Below, in pieces: positions 1-9,470 of a stretch of 40,379 nucleotides of DNA. Position 1 is the stretch's first letter. Each line of letters opens with the position of its first letter. The DNA comes from an uncultured delta proteobacterium. GTDB lineage: Bacteria > Desulfobacterota > Binatia > UBA9968. The stretch covers positions 1 through 40,379 of the forward strand of contig CAVTUQ010000035.1 in the NCBI GenBank assembly GCA_963737905.1, in the 5' to 3' direction. A model generated the notes under the pieces. The model had not been told where the DNA came from, did no database searches, and saw nothing but the letters and a program-made list of their open reading frames with translations. The position numbers and the translations under genes are program-made.

Positions 1-54
1 CTTTACCTTTGTACTTAACAATGACACGGCAGAAACAATTGCGCAGCTTTTCCA

Positions 55-324
55 TCAGTCGTAAACAGCAGCGCAGATCGAAACACCCTCTTCAACCAGA
101 ATGTCCACACATCTACTGGCGATTTTACCTTCGACCTCTTCGATCTCTTCTGCGCTTATCCCGGCTGGGGGATAAACCCGTATATGGCCGTCTTCATCTT
201 CGAAGGTCTCAGTAGTCGCTTCGATCTTAGCCTCAGGACAGATCTCTTTGGCTAATAAGCTCAACTCTGTAAGATATTTATCAACCAACATCCGCCGTTT
301 TCCAGCTGACAAAGATTTAGCCAT
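55..324 (-). CDS. Small acidic protein, probable degenerate minimal-nucleotidyltransferase (MNT)-like partner of the HEPN gene
   Basis: ORF 55..360, best started at ATG 324 (MAKSLS..., SD-like GGAG upstream), overlapping the HEPN stop. 89 aa, with FEDEDGHIRV and a C-terminal DILVEEGVSICAAVYD pattern reminiscent of MNT antitoxins, but no GS motif. Confidence 0.55.
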   Translation of the reverse strand: MAKSLSAGKRRMLVDKYLTELSLLAKEICPEAKIEATTETFEDEDGHIRVYPPAGISAEEIEEVEGKIASRCVDILVEEGVSICAAVYD

Positions 325-683
325 GAGATGCTCCCTTTCTGACCTCGCCAACAAACTCACGGGCTTTAGCGAGAGCCCGGGCGGCTTGCCTTCTGCTCAC
401 GCTGGCATCCCGATAATCCGCAGTGTGCCTGAGATCCTGTACGATATTGAAATCCCGAGCGTGAAAAGGTGAATAAAGTTTACGTCGACGAGTAAGCTCG
501 TTTGCAAAAGTTGCCTGCAATCCTGAGTGGCTCCACTCGGCCCGGACAAACCCTGCAGCCTCAAGACCAACCTGAGCTGCTTGATACATCGAGTAATAGG
601 CTCGACTCACGCAAGAGTTATAAAGCCCTTCTTTATAACAGTAGTGCAGCTCGAAGTGATTCATCAGCCTTGCCGATTTCCAT
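317..683 (-). pseudogene. HEPN domain protein (UPF0332-like), frameshifted near the 5' end
   Basis: The main frame gives YKEGLYNSCVSRAYYSMYQAA...SHSGL...DLRHTADY. The canonical N-terminus MEIGKADESLRAAL is in another frame, starting at ATG 683 behind TAAGGA and stopping after 16 codons. Frameshift at about 640-645. Confidence 0.75.
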
Positions 684-901
684 TCTTATTCCTTACAAAT
701 TTTATACGAGAAAAAAGCAACCTAGCAACGCTCTTGTGCCGGGCAGGCCAATCCGCATCCCGCAGTATACATAATTTGATCCGATCCCTTACCTGAAAAA
801 GCCAAAGTCACTATCGATCTCTATTTCCTTGACTTCAAATCGCCTACTTGATAACCGCCAGTCTAGTGCGGTATCTCCTAAATTCGCAACAAAGGTTCGC
901 C

Positions 902-989
902 GTCATTCCGGCCAAGTTGGCGCCAGCCGGCGCGAGCCAAAATCCTGGAAATAAAAGGAAACCTGGATTACCGCTTTCGCGCTAATGAC
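902..989. repeat. Palindromic GTCATT...AATGAC intergenic repeat (REP-like)
   Basis: GTCATTCCGGC...AATCCTGG...CCTGGATTACCGCTTTCGCGCTAATGAC has inverted ends and internal dyads. Related copies lie at 7085 and 32136. Confidence 0.6.
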
Positions 990-1102
990 AAAAGGGAGAC
1001 GCCGACCAGAAAAATGTATCGGGAGTCTTTTCCAGGCTTTGTTAAACATCAGGGACTGGTGGGCGGTGGCAGACAAACCACAAAGGTGGCATATTTGGGT
1101 TT

Positions 1103-1324
1103 ATGAGCAAACCTGCGCTAAACATAGGCGAACTGACTGCTGAAGAACGTTTGCGTCTGATTGAGGAACTATGGGACAGTCTCAGCGAGAAGCCGGGAGA
1201 TGTTCCGCTGACCAACACGCAGCGCGAGGAACTAGATCGGCGACTCGATGATCTCGAACGCTCAGGACCGGAGGGTATACCTTGGGAACAGGTCCTGCAG
1301 CAGATCCGCTCCCGGCCTAGGTGA
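1103..1324 (+). CDS. Addiction module antitoxin (TIGR02574 family)
   Basis: LTAEERLRLIEELWDSL...QREELDRRL...GIPWEQV signature; GTGA overlap with the downstream toxin. Confidence 0.9.
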   Translation: MSKPALNIGELTAEERLRLIEELWDSLSEKPGDVPLTNTQREELDRRLDDLERSGPEGIPWEQVLQQIRSRPR

Positions 1325-1614
1325 AGCCACCGATCTTCCGCCCTGCGGCCGCTGCAGATGTCGAAGACGCCTATCGATGGTATGAGGCTCAACGAGCCGG
1401 TCTTGGTGACGAGTTTCTTGTAGCGGTGAGTACCGTCGTTGAATCCCTGGTAGGATACCCTGAACGCTTCCCTATTGTTTACCGTGAGACTCGTCGTGTA
1501 CATATGCGGCGGTTCCCGTACAGTCTTTATTACCGAATTATTGACGATCAGGTTATTGTGGTCGCCTGCATGCATGGAAGGCGGCACCCCCGGCGGTGGC
1601 AATCTCGTAGCTAA
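1321..1614 (+). CDS. RelE/ParE family type II toxin
   Basis: FRPAAAADVEDAYRWYE...GLGDEF...RFPYSLYYRI...VVACMHGRRHP; translationally coupled to the antitoxin. Confidence 0.9.
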   Translation: MKPPIFRPAAAADVEDAYRWYEAQRAGLGDEFLVAVSTVVESLVGYPERFPIVYRETRRVHMRRFPYSLYYRIIDDQVIVVACMHGRRHPRRWQSRS

Positions 1615-1615
1615 T

Positions 1616-1676
1616 GGCTAATCCAACGCTTCAGACCGCCGCCTAAGAGGCGCGCTGAGCTTCGTTGCGTTTAGGC
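1616..1676 (+). other. Degenerate attC-like (59-be) site after the TA pair
   Basis: 61-bp imperfect palindrome GGCTAAT-CCAAC-GCTTCAG...CTGAGC-TTCGTTGC-GTTTAGGC, with an unpaired base in the L-box-like arm, starting just after the toxin stop codon. Confidence 0.4.
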
Positions 1677-1704
1677 GCAGAGGTAACGATTAAGGAGAAT
1701 AAAT

Positions 1705-3981
1705 ATGGTTACGATCGAATCGACTCCGGAAATGGCAGCCCATGTGTACGAAACGATGGAGCGTAATCTCACGATTGTCCGTCGCCGGCTGGGCAGGCCC
1801 TTGACCCTGGCGGACAAGGTCTTACTGGGACACCTTGACGACCCGGAAAACCAGGAAATAGAGCCTGGCAAGAGCTATCTCTTTCTCCATCCCGACCGCG
1901 TCATTCTGCAGGACGTGCTCGGACAGACCGCCATGCTCCAGTTCATGCAAACCCTGCGTGAGAAAGTCGCGGCGCCCACCACGATCCACTGCGACCATCT
2001 CATCCAGGCGCGAGTCGAGGGCGAGTCTGACCTGCACCAGTCGCTACAAGAAAATCAGGAAGTCTATGACTTTCTGCGTTCAGCAGCGGCTAAGTACGGC
2101 GCGGGTTTCTGGGGGCCGGGGGCCGGGATCATTCACCAGGTGGTGCTGGAGCATTACGCCTTCGCCGGCGAATTGATCATCGGCACGGACTCGCACACGC
2201 CCAACGCCGGCGGCCTTGGGGCGTGCGCTGTCGGCGTCGGCGGGGCTGACGCTGTAGACGTCATGGCCGGGCTCCCCTGGGAGGTGCTCTACCCCAGGCA
2301 TATCGCGGTGTACCTGACCGGGAAGCTCTCGGGGTGGACGGCCCCCAAGGACGTCATTCTCTACGTGGCGGGACAGCTGACCGTTGAGGGGGGCACCAAC
2401 GCCATCGTGGAGTATATCGGCCCCGGCGCTCGGACAATCAGCGCCACCGGTAAGGCCACGATCACCAACATGGGTGCCGAGCTGGGAGCAACAACCTCTA
2501 TGTTCCCCTATGATGAGCGAATGGCAAAATATTTGCGGGCGACGGGCCGAGGCGACCTGGTGCCGCTAGCCGAACAGTATAAACACCTGCTCGAACCGGA
2601 CGAGGAAGTGGAGGCCAACCCTGACAAGTACTACGAGCGCGTGGTCCAGCTCGACCTGTCGAAGCTGGAGCCCTACGTGGTGGGACCTCACTCCCCGGAC
2701 AGAGCCCGTCCGATCTCCAAGCTCGCCGCGGAGGTGACTGATTCAAACAATCAGTTCTGCGACGACATCTCGACGGCTCTGATCGGCAGTTGCACCAATT
2801 CCTCCTACGAGGATATGAGCCGCGCGGCGGATGTCGCCGAGCAGGCGAAAGCTCACGGCATCAAAACAGCCGTGCCCTTTCTGGTCACGCCGGGATCGGA
2901 GCAGGTGCGCGCCACCATTGAGCGCGATGGCCAGATGCAGTCTCTCAAAGACATAAACGGCGTCGTTCTGGCGAACGCTTGCGGCCCCTGTATCGGCCAG
3001 TGGCGTAGGGCCAATGAGATGGTGGGGATACCCAATACCATTGTGACCTCGTATAACCGCAACTTCCCAAGGCGCAACGATGGGCAGCCGACAACGATGA
3101 ACTTCATCGGCAGTACCGAGCTTGTGACTGCCCTTGCCTTAGCCGGTAGACTCTCGTTCAACCCGCTCACCGACACCCTCGCCGGCGCCGATGGCAAGCC
3201 ATTTAAACTCGACCCTCCCAAGCCGGCTCCTGAAGTGCCGGCCGAATCCTTTGCCCGCGGTCGAAACGCCTATATCGCGCCTCCCGAAGACGGCAGCAAT
3301 ATCGTGCTGAAAGTGGATCCTCACAGTCAAAGACTGCAGTTGTTGGAGCCTTGGCCCGCCTGGGATGGCAACGACTTTCGGGATATGCCTGTTCTCATGA
3401 AGACCAAGGGCAAGACCACGACGGACCACATTTCTCCTGCCGGCCCCTGGCTAAGTTTACGGGGACATCTCGACAAGTTCAGCGACAACATGTTTATGGG
3501 CGCGACCAACGCCTTTACCGGCGAGGCGGGTAAGGGCAAAAACGTTCTGACAGGAGAGACCGGGTTGGCCATAGCCAAAATCGCCAGGGCCTACAAATCC
3601 AATGGGATCAAGTGGGTCGTCATCGGCGACCATAACTATGGCGAGGGCAGCAGCCGCGAGCACGCTGCCCTCTCACCACGTCTTCTGGGGGGCGTGGCAG
3701 TGATTGCCCGGAGCTTTGCGCGCATCCATGAGTCTAACTTGAAGAAGCAAGGACTGCTGGCACTCACGTTCCAAGACCCGGCAGACTACGACCGCATCCG
3801 CGAGGAGGACCGCATCAGCCTCCTCGGGCTCGCGGCGATGGCACCCGGCAAACCTGTGGAGTGCCTTGTCAGACATGCAGACGGGACGACCGAGACGCTG
3901 CGGTTATCTCACTCCTTCGCGACGTCTCAGCTGGAATGGTTCCGTGCGGGATCGGCCCTGAACCTGTTCCACGGAGCCTAA
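1705..3981 (+). CDS. acnA: Aconitate hydratase (mitochondrial/Bacteroidetes-type)
   Basis: 758 aa; [30 protein letters not shown] and [10 protein letters not shown] (three Fe-S Cys), [21 protein letters not shown]; SD AAGGAG. Confidence 0.95.
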   Translation: MVTIESTPEMAAHVYETMERNLTIVRRRLGRPLTLADKVLLGHLDDPENQEIEPGKSYLFLHPDRVILQDVLGQTAMLQFMQTLREKVAAPTTIHCDHLIQARVEGESDLHQSLQENQEVYDFLRSAAAKYGAGFWGPGAGIIHQVVLEHYAFAGELIIGTDSHTPNAGGLGACAVGVGGADAVDVMAGLPWEVLYPRHIAVYLTGKLSGWTAPKDVILYVAGQLTVEGGTNAIVEYIGPGARTISATGKATITNMGAELGATTSMFPYDERMAKYLRATGRGDLVPLAEQYKHLLEPDEEVEANPDKYYERVVQLDLSKLEPYVVGPHSPDRARPISKLAAEVTDSNNQFCDDISTALIGSCTNSSYEDMSRAADVAEQAKAHGIKTAVPFLVTPGSEQVRATIERDGQMQSLKDINGVVLANACGPCIGQWRRANEMVGIPNTIVTSYNRNFPRRNDGQPTTMNFIGSTELVTALALAGRLSFNPLTDTLAGADGKPFKLDPPKPAPEVPAESFARGRNAYIAPPEDGSNIVLKVDPHSQRLQLLEPWPAWDGNDFRDMPVLMKTKGKTTTDHISPAGPWLSLRGHLDKFSDNMFMGATNAFTGEAGKGKNVLTGETGLAIAKIARAYKSNGIKWVVIGDHNYGEGSSREHAALSPRLLGGVAVIARSFARIHESNLKKQGLLALTFQDPADYDRIREEDRISLLGLAAMAPGKPVECLVRHADGTTETLRLSHSFATSQLEWFRAGSALNLFHGA

Positions 3982-4001
3982 GCAATTACGCTGCTGGCGA
4001 T

Positions 4002-4026
4002 GGGCCACACCCTGGACCCTTTTTTT
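4002..4026 (+). terminator. Possible intrinsic terminator after the aconitase gene
   Basis: GGGCCA-CACCC-TGGACCC hairpin followed by a T7 run. Confidence 0.35.
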
Positions 4027-4127
4027 CAGCAAATCGCTGCGTGGCGTCCCATGACAGCTGTATACTGCCCCGGGAATTTCTCCTCCGAATAGATGTCTCC
4101 GCCTTTTTGTGCCTATAAAACTTCGTC

Positions 4128-4847
4128 GTGATCTATTGGTTTTTGCTAGGGGGTAGCGCATTTGTGGCGTCCACGATAGCAGCGGTCGCTGGTTTTGGAG
4201 GAGCTGCGGTACTTTTGCCGATTTTGGTCTCCATGTTTGGGGTACGCGACGCGATCCCGATTTTAACTGTGGCACAACTGATTGGGAATGCCAGTCGCGT
4301 CTGGTTTAACCGCCGTGAGCTTGAGTTGCCGGTCGTCGGTTGGTTCGCCGTCGGGGGTGTGCCTGCCGCGCTCATCGGCGGATTTTTCTTTGCCTCTGCG
4401 CCACTCTCTTTCCTCATGCGACTCTTAGGTCTGTTCCTGATCATGACAGTCTCGTATCGCCACATCGGCAAAGCTAGCGCGCTGCGCGTTCCCCTGCGCG
4501 GATTTGCCATCCTGGGCGCTGTATTCAGTTTCCTTTCGGCACTCCTGGGTAGCGTAGGGCCGATCATGATCCCCTTTTTCCTGGCGTATGGATTGGTGAA
4601 GGGGGGTCTTATCGGCACTGAAGCGTTGGCCACAGTCGTGATGCACGTCACCAAGCTAGTGGCCTATCGACGAGTCTCGATTCTGACATCCGACAGTATT
4701 GTGATCGGTCTTGCCCTCGGGTCGATCATGATTTTCGGTTCGTTTGTGGGGAAAAAGATCCTCGACTGGTTACCTGAGCGACTATTCATCCTGCTCATTG
4801 AGGCGACGCTGATCGTCGCGGGTATCGGATTTTTGGTTCACGGGTGA
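4128..4847 (+). CDS. Sulfite exporter TauE/SafE (TSUP) family membrane protein
   Basis: VAGFGGAAVLLP N-terminal motif, about 8 hydrophobic segments, second-half LLGSVGP repeat. Confidence 0.85.
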   Translation: MIYWFLLGGSAFVASTIAAVAGFGGAAVLLPILVSMFGVRDAIPILTVAQLIGNASRVWFNRRELELPVVGWFAVGGVPAALIGGFFFASAPLSFLMRLLGLFLIMTVSYRHIGKASALRVPLRGFAILGAVFSFLSALLGSVGPIMIPFFLAYGLVKGGLIGTEALATVVMHVTKLVAYRRVSILTSDSIVIGLALGSIMIFGSFVGKKILDWLPERLFILLIEATLIVAGIGFLVHG

Positions 4848-5012
4848 ATCTCCACATACCGAACGTCATGGACACGTTTCGATTTCTTGACATTACGCCC
4901 TCTTTTTAGAGGTGAGGAGCTTATGATGACACGGACGGGGCCGGGGAAACCCCGATGGGCGATCTGATGCCGACGCGTCTGGATTTCTCTGATTTAAAAT
5001 GAGGATGCACCG

Positions 5013-5753
5013 ATGAAGATAAAGAAGTTGGATGGATTGGTTGACGAGCTTAGATTTGGCACGCGATTGTTGTTTCAAGAGTTAGGGGATCCCTGGGGAC
5101 ACATCGCCGTGCGTTTGCCCAAGAGCGACGGCTATGACGGATTCCTGCTCAAGCATGTTAGGGTAACACCACCCCCGGGAGAGCCGGATGCGGTTATGAT
5201 GTTTGACTACGATGGAAAACTTCTCGAAGGGGAACGCAGAGTCCCTTGGGAGCTGCCCTTATACACGGCTATCTTTAAGACACGGCCGGACGTCCAGAGT
5301 GTCATTCACACGCACCCGCTTGTCGCCACCGCGCTCACCATGGCGGGAAAGACAGTGTTCGCGATCACCCATCAATCGGCACCCTTCGAGCATGGCATCC
5401 CGATTTTCGGCGGTGATATGGTGAACACTCAAGAATTGGGAGAAGGGTTGGCGGAAACTCTTGGCAAACGACCGGCGGCGCTGCTCAAAGGCCACGGCGC
5501 GGTGGTCGTAGGTTCGAGCATCGCCCATGCGGTTCAGAGCACATTGTATCTGGAGCAAGCCGCTCAACAGCAAATTTGGGCCGCCACCCTCGGCACGCCG
5601 GAAGTCCTTGATCAGCGCCTTATCGACTTTCATAAGAATCTTCCTCCAGGTGACGGCGGCCTGGCACTCTGGTACACCAAAAAGCACTACGACTCGCAGC
5701 CGGAACCCGCTTCGCGCGCGAACCATGCACGCGGCAGGTCTAAGAAACGGTGA
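5013..5753 (+). CDS. Class II aldolase/adducin family protein
   Basis: GHIAVR, E-LPLY-AIFKTRPDVQSVIHTH, and LLKGHGAVVVG (Zn-binding His residues). Confidence 0.88.
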   Translation: MKIKKLDGLVDELRFGTRLLFQELGDPWGHIAVRLPKSDGYDGFLLKHVRVTPPPGEPDAVMMFDYDGKLLEGERRVPWELPLYTAIFKTRPDVQSVIHTHPLVATALTMAGKTVFAITHQSAPFEHGIPIFGGDMVNTQELGEGLAETLGKRPAALLKGHGAVVVGSSIAHAVQSTLYLEQAAQQQIWAATLGTPEVLDQRLIDFHKNLPPGDGGLALWYTKKHYDSQPEPASRANHARGRSKKR

Positions 5754-5797
5754 ACTTCACTTCGAAGGCTGAGGGGGTTTCATCCTGGGAAGGGACA

Positions 5798-6856
5798 CTA
5801 GACGTTGGGGCGTAGCTCCAATCCGCCTATGTCGAGCAGGACGCGTCCAAACTGCTGTCGCCCTTCGAAGACTCGATGGGCCTCTGCAACGTTTTCTAGT
5901 GGAAATATATGGCCGATGGCGACCTTCAAATCACCCGCGGCGTGCAGTGATAGAACTTTTTCGCATTCGTCGGGACGGCTTCCCTTGGAGAATATCACTG
6001 TGGCCTGATTGTAAATCAACGCCGAGACTCTGAACGACACCGACTCGCCGGCCGTGCTTCCGGGGATCACGATCCTGCCATTGGGCTTGAGGGTTGCGGC
6101 CAGCTTCTCGAACCCACCTCCGCCCACCGTATCGAAAATCAGATCGACGCCGCGCCCATGGGTGATCTCCTTTACCCGCTGAACAACGTTCTCGCTATTC
6201 GAGTCGATGACTTCATCGGCGCCTAACGCTCTAAGCCGGCGGGCTTTCTCGCCTCCGCGAACCGTGGCGATAACCCGTGCGCCGGTGTAGTGAGCGACTC
6301 CTATCCCGCCGCTCCCTACCGATCCGTTGGCGGCGCGAATCAGTACCGTTTCATCTTTCTGCAAGCGTGCCTGTGTAATGAGATTGTGCCAGGCGGTCAG
6401 CGTGCTTCCCTGAAAAGAGGCGGTCTGGTCGTGACCAAGGTCGCGCGGCTTGCGAATGAGACTCGCGGCTGGAACCGTCACATAATCTGCGTAGCCTCCC
6501 CAGGAGGAAACTCCCTGATACCTCGGCGAACGGCACATTTCCGGGAGGTCGCTCCGGCAATTGTCGCAAGTTCCGCAAGGTGTAATGTTCCGGGTGATGG
6601 CTTCATCCCCTTCTTTCCAACCCGCAACACCAGGAGCTACGGCCGCGACGACGCCGCTGGACTCTCGACCCAATTGAAATGGCAGCGGCGCGCGAAAGTA
6701 GCCATCCTGTCCGGCGCGCATGTTGATATCGTTGCGGCGGATGCTCGTCGCATAAACTCTCAGCAACACTTCTCCTTGCGACGCCTTGGGCACGGGTACT
6801 TCCTCCAAACGCAAGACTTCCGGCCCGCCGTATTCGTAAAATCGCACTGCTCTCAC
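5798..6856 (-). CDS. Medium-chain dehydrogenase/reductase (zinc-binding ADH / quinone reductase-like)
   Basis: MRAVRFYEYGGPEVL; structural-Zn CGTCDNC...C; AANGSVGSGG nucleotide loop; GRGVDLIFDTVGG; FPLENVAEAH...FGRVLL. Confidence 0.88.
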   Translation of the reverse strand: MRAVRFYEYGGPEVLRLEEVPVPKASQGEVLLRVYATSIRRNDINMRAGQDGYFRAPLPFQLGRESSGVVAAVAPGVAGWKEGDEAITRNITPCGTCDNCRSDLPEMCRSPRYQGVSSWGGYADYVTVPAASLIRKPRDLGHDQTASFQGSTLTAWHNLITQARLQKDETVLIRAANGSVGSGGIGVAHYTGARVIATVRGGEKARRLRALGADEVIDSNSENVVQRVKEITHGRGVDLIFDTVGGGGFEKLAATLKPNGRIVIPGSTAGESVSFRVSALIYNQATVIFSKGSRPDECEKVLSLHAAGDLKVAIGHIFPLENVAEAHRVFEGRQQFGRVLLDIGGLELRPNV

Positions 6857-7084
6857 AACGCGTCCTCGCTAAAGTGTCTCACTAGCGCTATTCAGCAAAT
6901 GAAACGCTCTCGTGAAACTTACGTCAAAGCTACGTGAATCAACGCCGGGGAATCTAGCACTTTCGCCAGGCGCCGCCAACGGGCCTTCGCCTCGAATCAT
7001 GGCGCTGGTGAAAAAAAGCGACCTTGACTCGACGAAACCTGTCATATACTAGAGAAAAAAGTTGGTGAAGATCCCGCTGTGTAA

Positions 7085-7165
7085 TGTCATTCTGAGGCGT
7101 TAGCCGAAGAATCTGTATTGTCTAGCGTTCAATGCATGAAATTCTTCACTTCGTTCAGAATGACA
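7085..7165. repeat. Palindromic TGTCATTCTGA...TCAGAATGACA intergenic repeat
   Basis: Perfect 11-bp terminal inverted repeat plus an inner GAAGAAT/ATTCTTC dyad. Confidence 0.75.
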
Positions 7166-7216
7166 AACGTGGGATTCCATCATTACGAGAGCGTCTCTCG
7201 CACAGGAGAATAACGT

Positions 7217-8065
7217 ATGGGTCGCATTGTATTTGCAGCCGGAGTTCCCCATGTGGGAGCGATACTGATCGGCATCAAGCGCGCGGGGGAGCAAGGCGAA
7301 CGGGTCAAGCAGACGTTTGATCGCCTGCGCGAAGAGCTGCGGGCTACCGAGCCGGACGCGCTGATCATCTTCGGCTCCGACCATTTCAAGTCTTTTTTTT
7401 ACAATCTGGTTCCCCGCTTTTGCATCGGGGTCGGCGGGGAGTGCGGCGCGTGGGATGAAGGCGTTTTATCGAGGGACATAGCCGACACGTATCGAGTCCC
7501 GGTCCACCAAGAGCTGGCGCGCGATATCCTCACAAAGGCCGTTGAAAGGGGTTTCGATTTGAATTCCGCCGAGGAACTCCGGCTCGATCATTCCTTTTAC
7601 TCACCCATCGAGCGGTTGACCCCCGGACACGATATTCCAATCGTCCCGATTGTCATGAACGTCGCGATCGCGCCCCGGCCGTCGCTGCGCCGCTGCTACG
7701 ATCTCGGGCGAGCGATCGGGGAAATTATCAGGAGCCGTCCGGGAGACCAGCGCGTGGCGGTTATCGGCACCGGCGGCATGTCCCACACCGTCGGCGTTCC
7801 GGAATACGGGTTTATCAATCCGGATTTGGACCGTCAGTTCCTGGGTTTGCTTGCAACCCATCACATCGAGGAAATCCTGGAAAACTGGACTCAGGAGTGG
7901 CTTGAACGAGAGGGCGGCAATGGCATGAACGAGATTCGCATGTGGCTCGCTATGGCCGGCGTCGTCGCTGGCGCCACCGGACAGGTTTTACTGTACGAAG
8001 AAATGCGTTCCTGGGGCACGGGGGCCGGAATCCTTCGAATGGACCCGGAAACGGCGAAGATTTAA
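7217..8065 (+). CDS. Class III extradiol ring-cleavage dioxygenase, LigB-like catalytic subunit
   Basis: GVPH, SDHF, LDHS, GTGGMSH and NEIRMW carry the LigB-type Fe ligands (His, His, Glu) and the catalytic His; SD AGGAG. Confidence 0.9.
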   Translation: MGRIVFAAGVPHVGAILIGIKRAGEQGERVKQTFDRLREELRATEPDALIIFGSDHFKSFFYNLVPRFCIGVGGECGAWDEGVLSRDIADTYRVPVHQELARDILTKAVERGFDLNSAEELRLDHSFYSPIERLTPGHDIPIVPIVMNVAIAPRPSLRRCYDLGRAIGEIIRSRPGDQRVAVIGTGGMSHTVGVPEYGFINPDLDRQFLGLLATHHIEEILENWTQEWLEREGGNGMNEIRMWLAMAGVVAGATGQVLLYEEMRSWGTGAGILRMDPETAKI

Positions 8066-8080
8066 CCTGAGGATCGACGG

Positions 8081-8356
8081 ATGAGTGCCTACCAGGTCCA
8101 GAAATTCATCTGGGAGCTCGACCGCAACCGGCCGTTGAAAGAAAAGTTTAAAGCCAATCCTGACGGTGTTCTTAGCAATTATCCGCTCACCGACGAAGAA
8201 AGGCGCGTTCTCAAAGAGGTAGACGCATGGGGATTGCGCGGGATGGCAGTCCACCCGATTTTGATCAGACAGTACACACGCGTTTTTGGCATCGAGCACG
8301 AAAAGATTTTCACGGATAGCCCGCATCATCCATTCACGTCCAAAGCGGCTCCGTGA
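8081..8356 (+). CDS. LigA-like small subunit of the extradiol dioxygenase
   Basis: YQVQKFIWEL...EKFKANPDGVLSNYPLTDEERRVL...GMAVHPILI is a LigA-type pattern; starts 15 bp after the LigB-like gene. Confidence 0.8.
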   Translation: MSAYQVQKFIWELDRNRPLKEKFKANPDGVLSNYPLTDEERRVLKEVDAWGLRGMAVHPILIRQYTRVFGIEHEKIFTDSPHHPFTSKAAP

Positions 8357-8452
8357 TGGTGCGGACGCACTGCTCGGTGATTCGGTCTCAAAAGGCGACT
8401 TGACGGCATGCCTGGCGACGCCTCCACAGAGCCGAGATCGTCGCCAAAGAGC

Positions 8453-9436
8453 TTATCGGCTGGCCTTCTCAACGTAACTGCTATCGACCCACGTCTCCAG
8501 GGGCGGCACCGAAGTGATCCCGCCGTGCTCGACGGCAAGCTTGAGAAAATTGTTTATGCCTTTCATATTCGGGCGCGCATCCGTGCTGAGCATTTTCTGG
8601 CGGATGAGCATGTCGTAGGTTTGTTCTTGCCAGCTTGGTTTCCAATCGGGAAAGTAATCGAGCAATACGGCCATGGCAGCCTTCTTGTTGGCCGGATCGT
8701 GTAACCATCGGGTGGCCTTCACCAAAGCGCGCATCGTCGCGACCACGGTTTCCTCATTTTTCTCCGCCCATTTTCCATTCACGGTAAACCCGGCGTACTG
8801 AACATCTTTGAGGTAATCCTGGGTGAAGCCCAAACTCTTAAAGCCGTCGTCCAATAGGACAAAATCATCCGGCTGGCCGATCAAGCAACCCTGAATCTGT
8901 CCAGCTTTCATAGCGCCGATGCGGTCGCTGGATCGTCCGATGCTGAGATAGGAATAATCTCCTTTCTTAATCCCGTTGACGGTGAGCATCGTCGCGAACA
9001 TGGTATAAAAGGCGCCCCCGGGAGTCCCCGCCGCCAGCGTTTTTCCTTTCAGATCGCTCCAGCCTTTGATGTCTTTTGCAACGATGGCGCGGAAGCTGGG
9101 CTTTTCCTGCGACGTACCGATGAGCTTGAGCGGAGCGCCTTGCAGCAGCGGCTTTGCCGCGGAATCGATCGAATAGGTGTTCATATGAATGTCATTGGCC
9201 AGCAGCGCTTGAGTCTGGATCACGCTCGATCTTAAAATAATCACCTCGACATTTAGATTTTCCTGCTTGAAAAAGCCGCGTTTCACCGCGGCAAAGATCT
9301 GCCAATTGGAAGAGGAGTAGGCCGTTAAGGCGATCCGCACATTGGCCGGGTTGGGCGAAGCCCCCATTCCCGGGTTCGCTAAGAAAAACACGACGAGCAA
9401 CGCTAACGCTAAACTGGCGCTCCTCGGCACTGTCAT
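8453..9436 (-). CDS. ABC transporter substrate-binding protein, NMT1/THI5/SsuA-like (no cognate permease adjacent)
   Basis: Start moved to ATG 9436 (AGGAGG upstream); signal peptide; AVKRGFFKQENLNVE, DLKGKTLA, RALVKATRWL. Confidence 0.85.
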   Translation of the reverse strand: MTVPRSASLALALLVVFFLANPGMGASPNPANVRIALTAYSSSNWQIFAAVKRGFFKQENLNVEVIILRSSVIQTQALLANDIHMNTYSIDSAAKPLLQGAPLKLIGTSQEKPSFRAIVAKDIKGWSDLKGKTLAAGTPGGAFYTMFATMLTVNGIKKGDYSYLSIGRSSDRIGAMKAGQIQGCLIGQPDDFVLLDDGFKSLGFTQDYLKDVQYAGFTVNGKWAEKNEETVVATMRALVKATRWLHDPANKKAAMAVLLDYFPDWKPSWQEQTYDMLIRQKMLSTDARPNMKGINNFLKLAVEHGGITSVPPLETWVDSSYVEKASR

Positions 9437-9470
9437 ACGGCTCCTCCTATCGCAGTAGCCAAAAAACAAT

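Noticed and set aside
1042-1602. Long antisense or overlapping ORFs (for example 1042..1602, 6290..6937, 13061..13738, 15470..16138, 28086..28718)
   Set aside because: They are shadows of well-supported genes on the opposite strand in GC-rich DNA and carry no family motifs.
7024-7050. TTGACT...TATACT promoter upstream of the dioxygenase
   Set aside because: The spacer is only 15 bp, so it is not supportable without TSS data.
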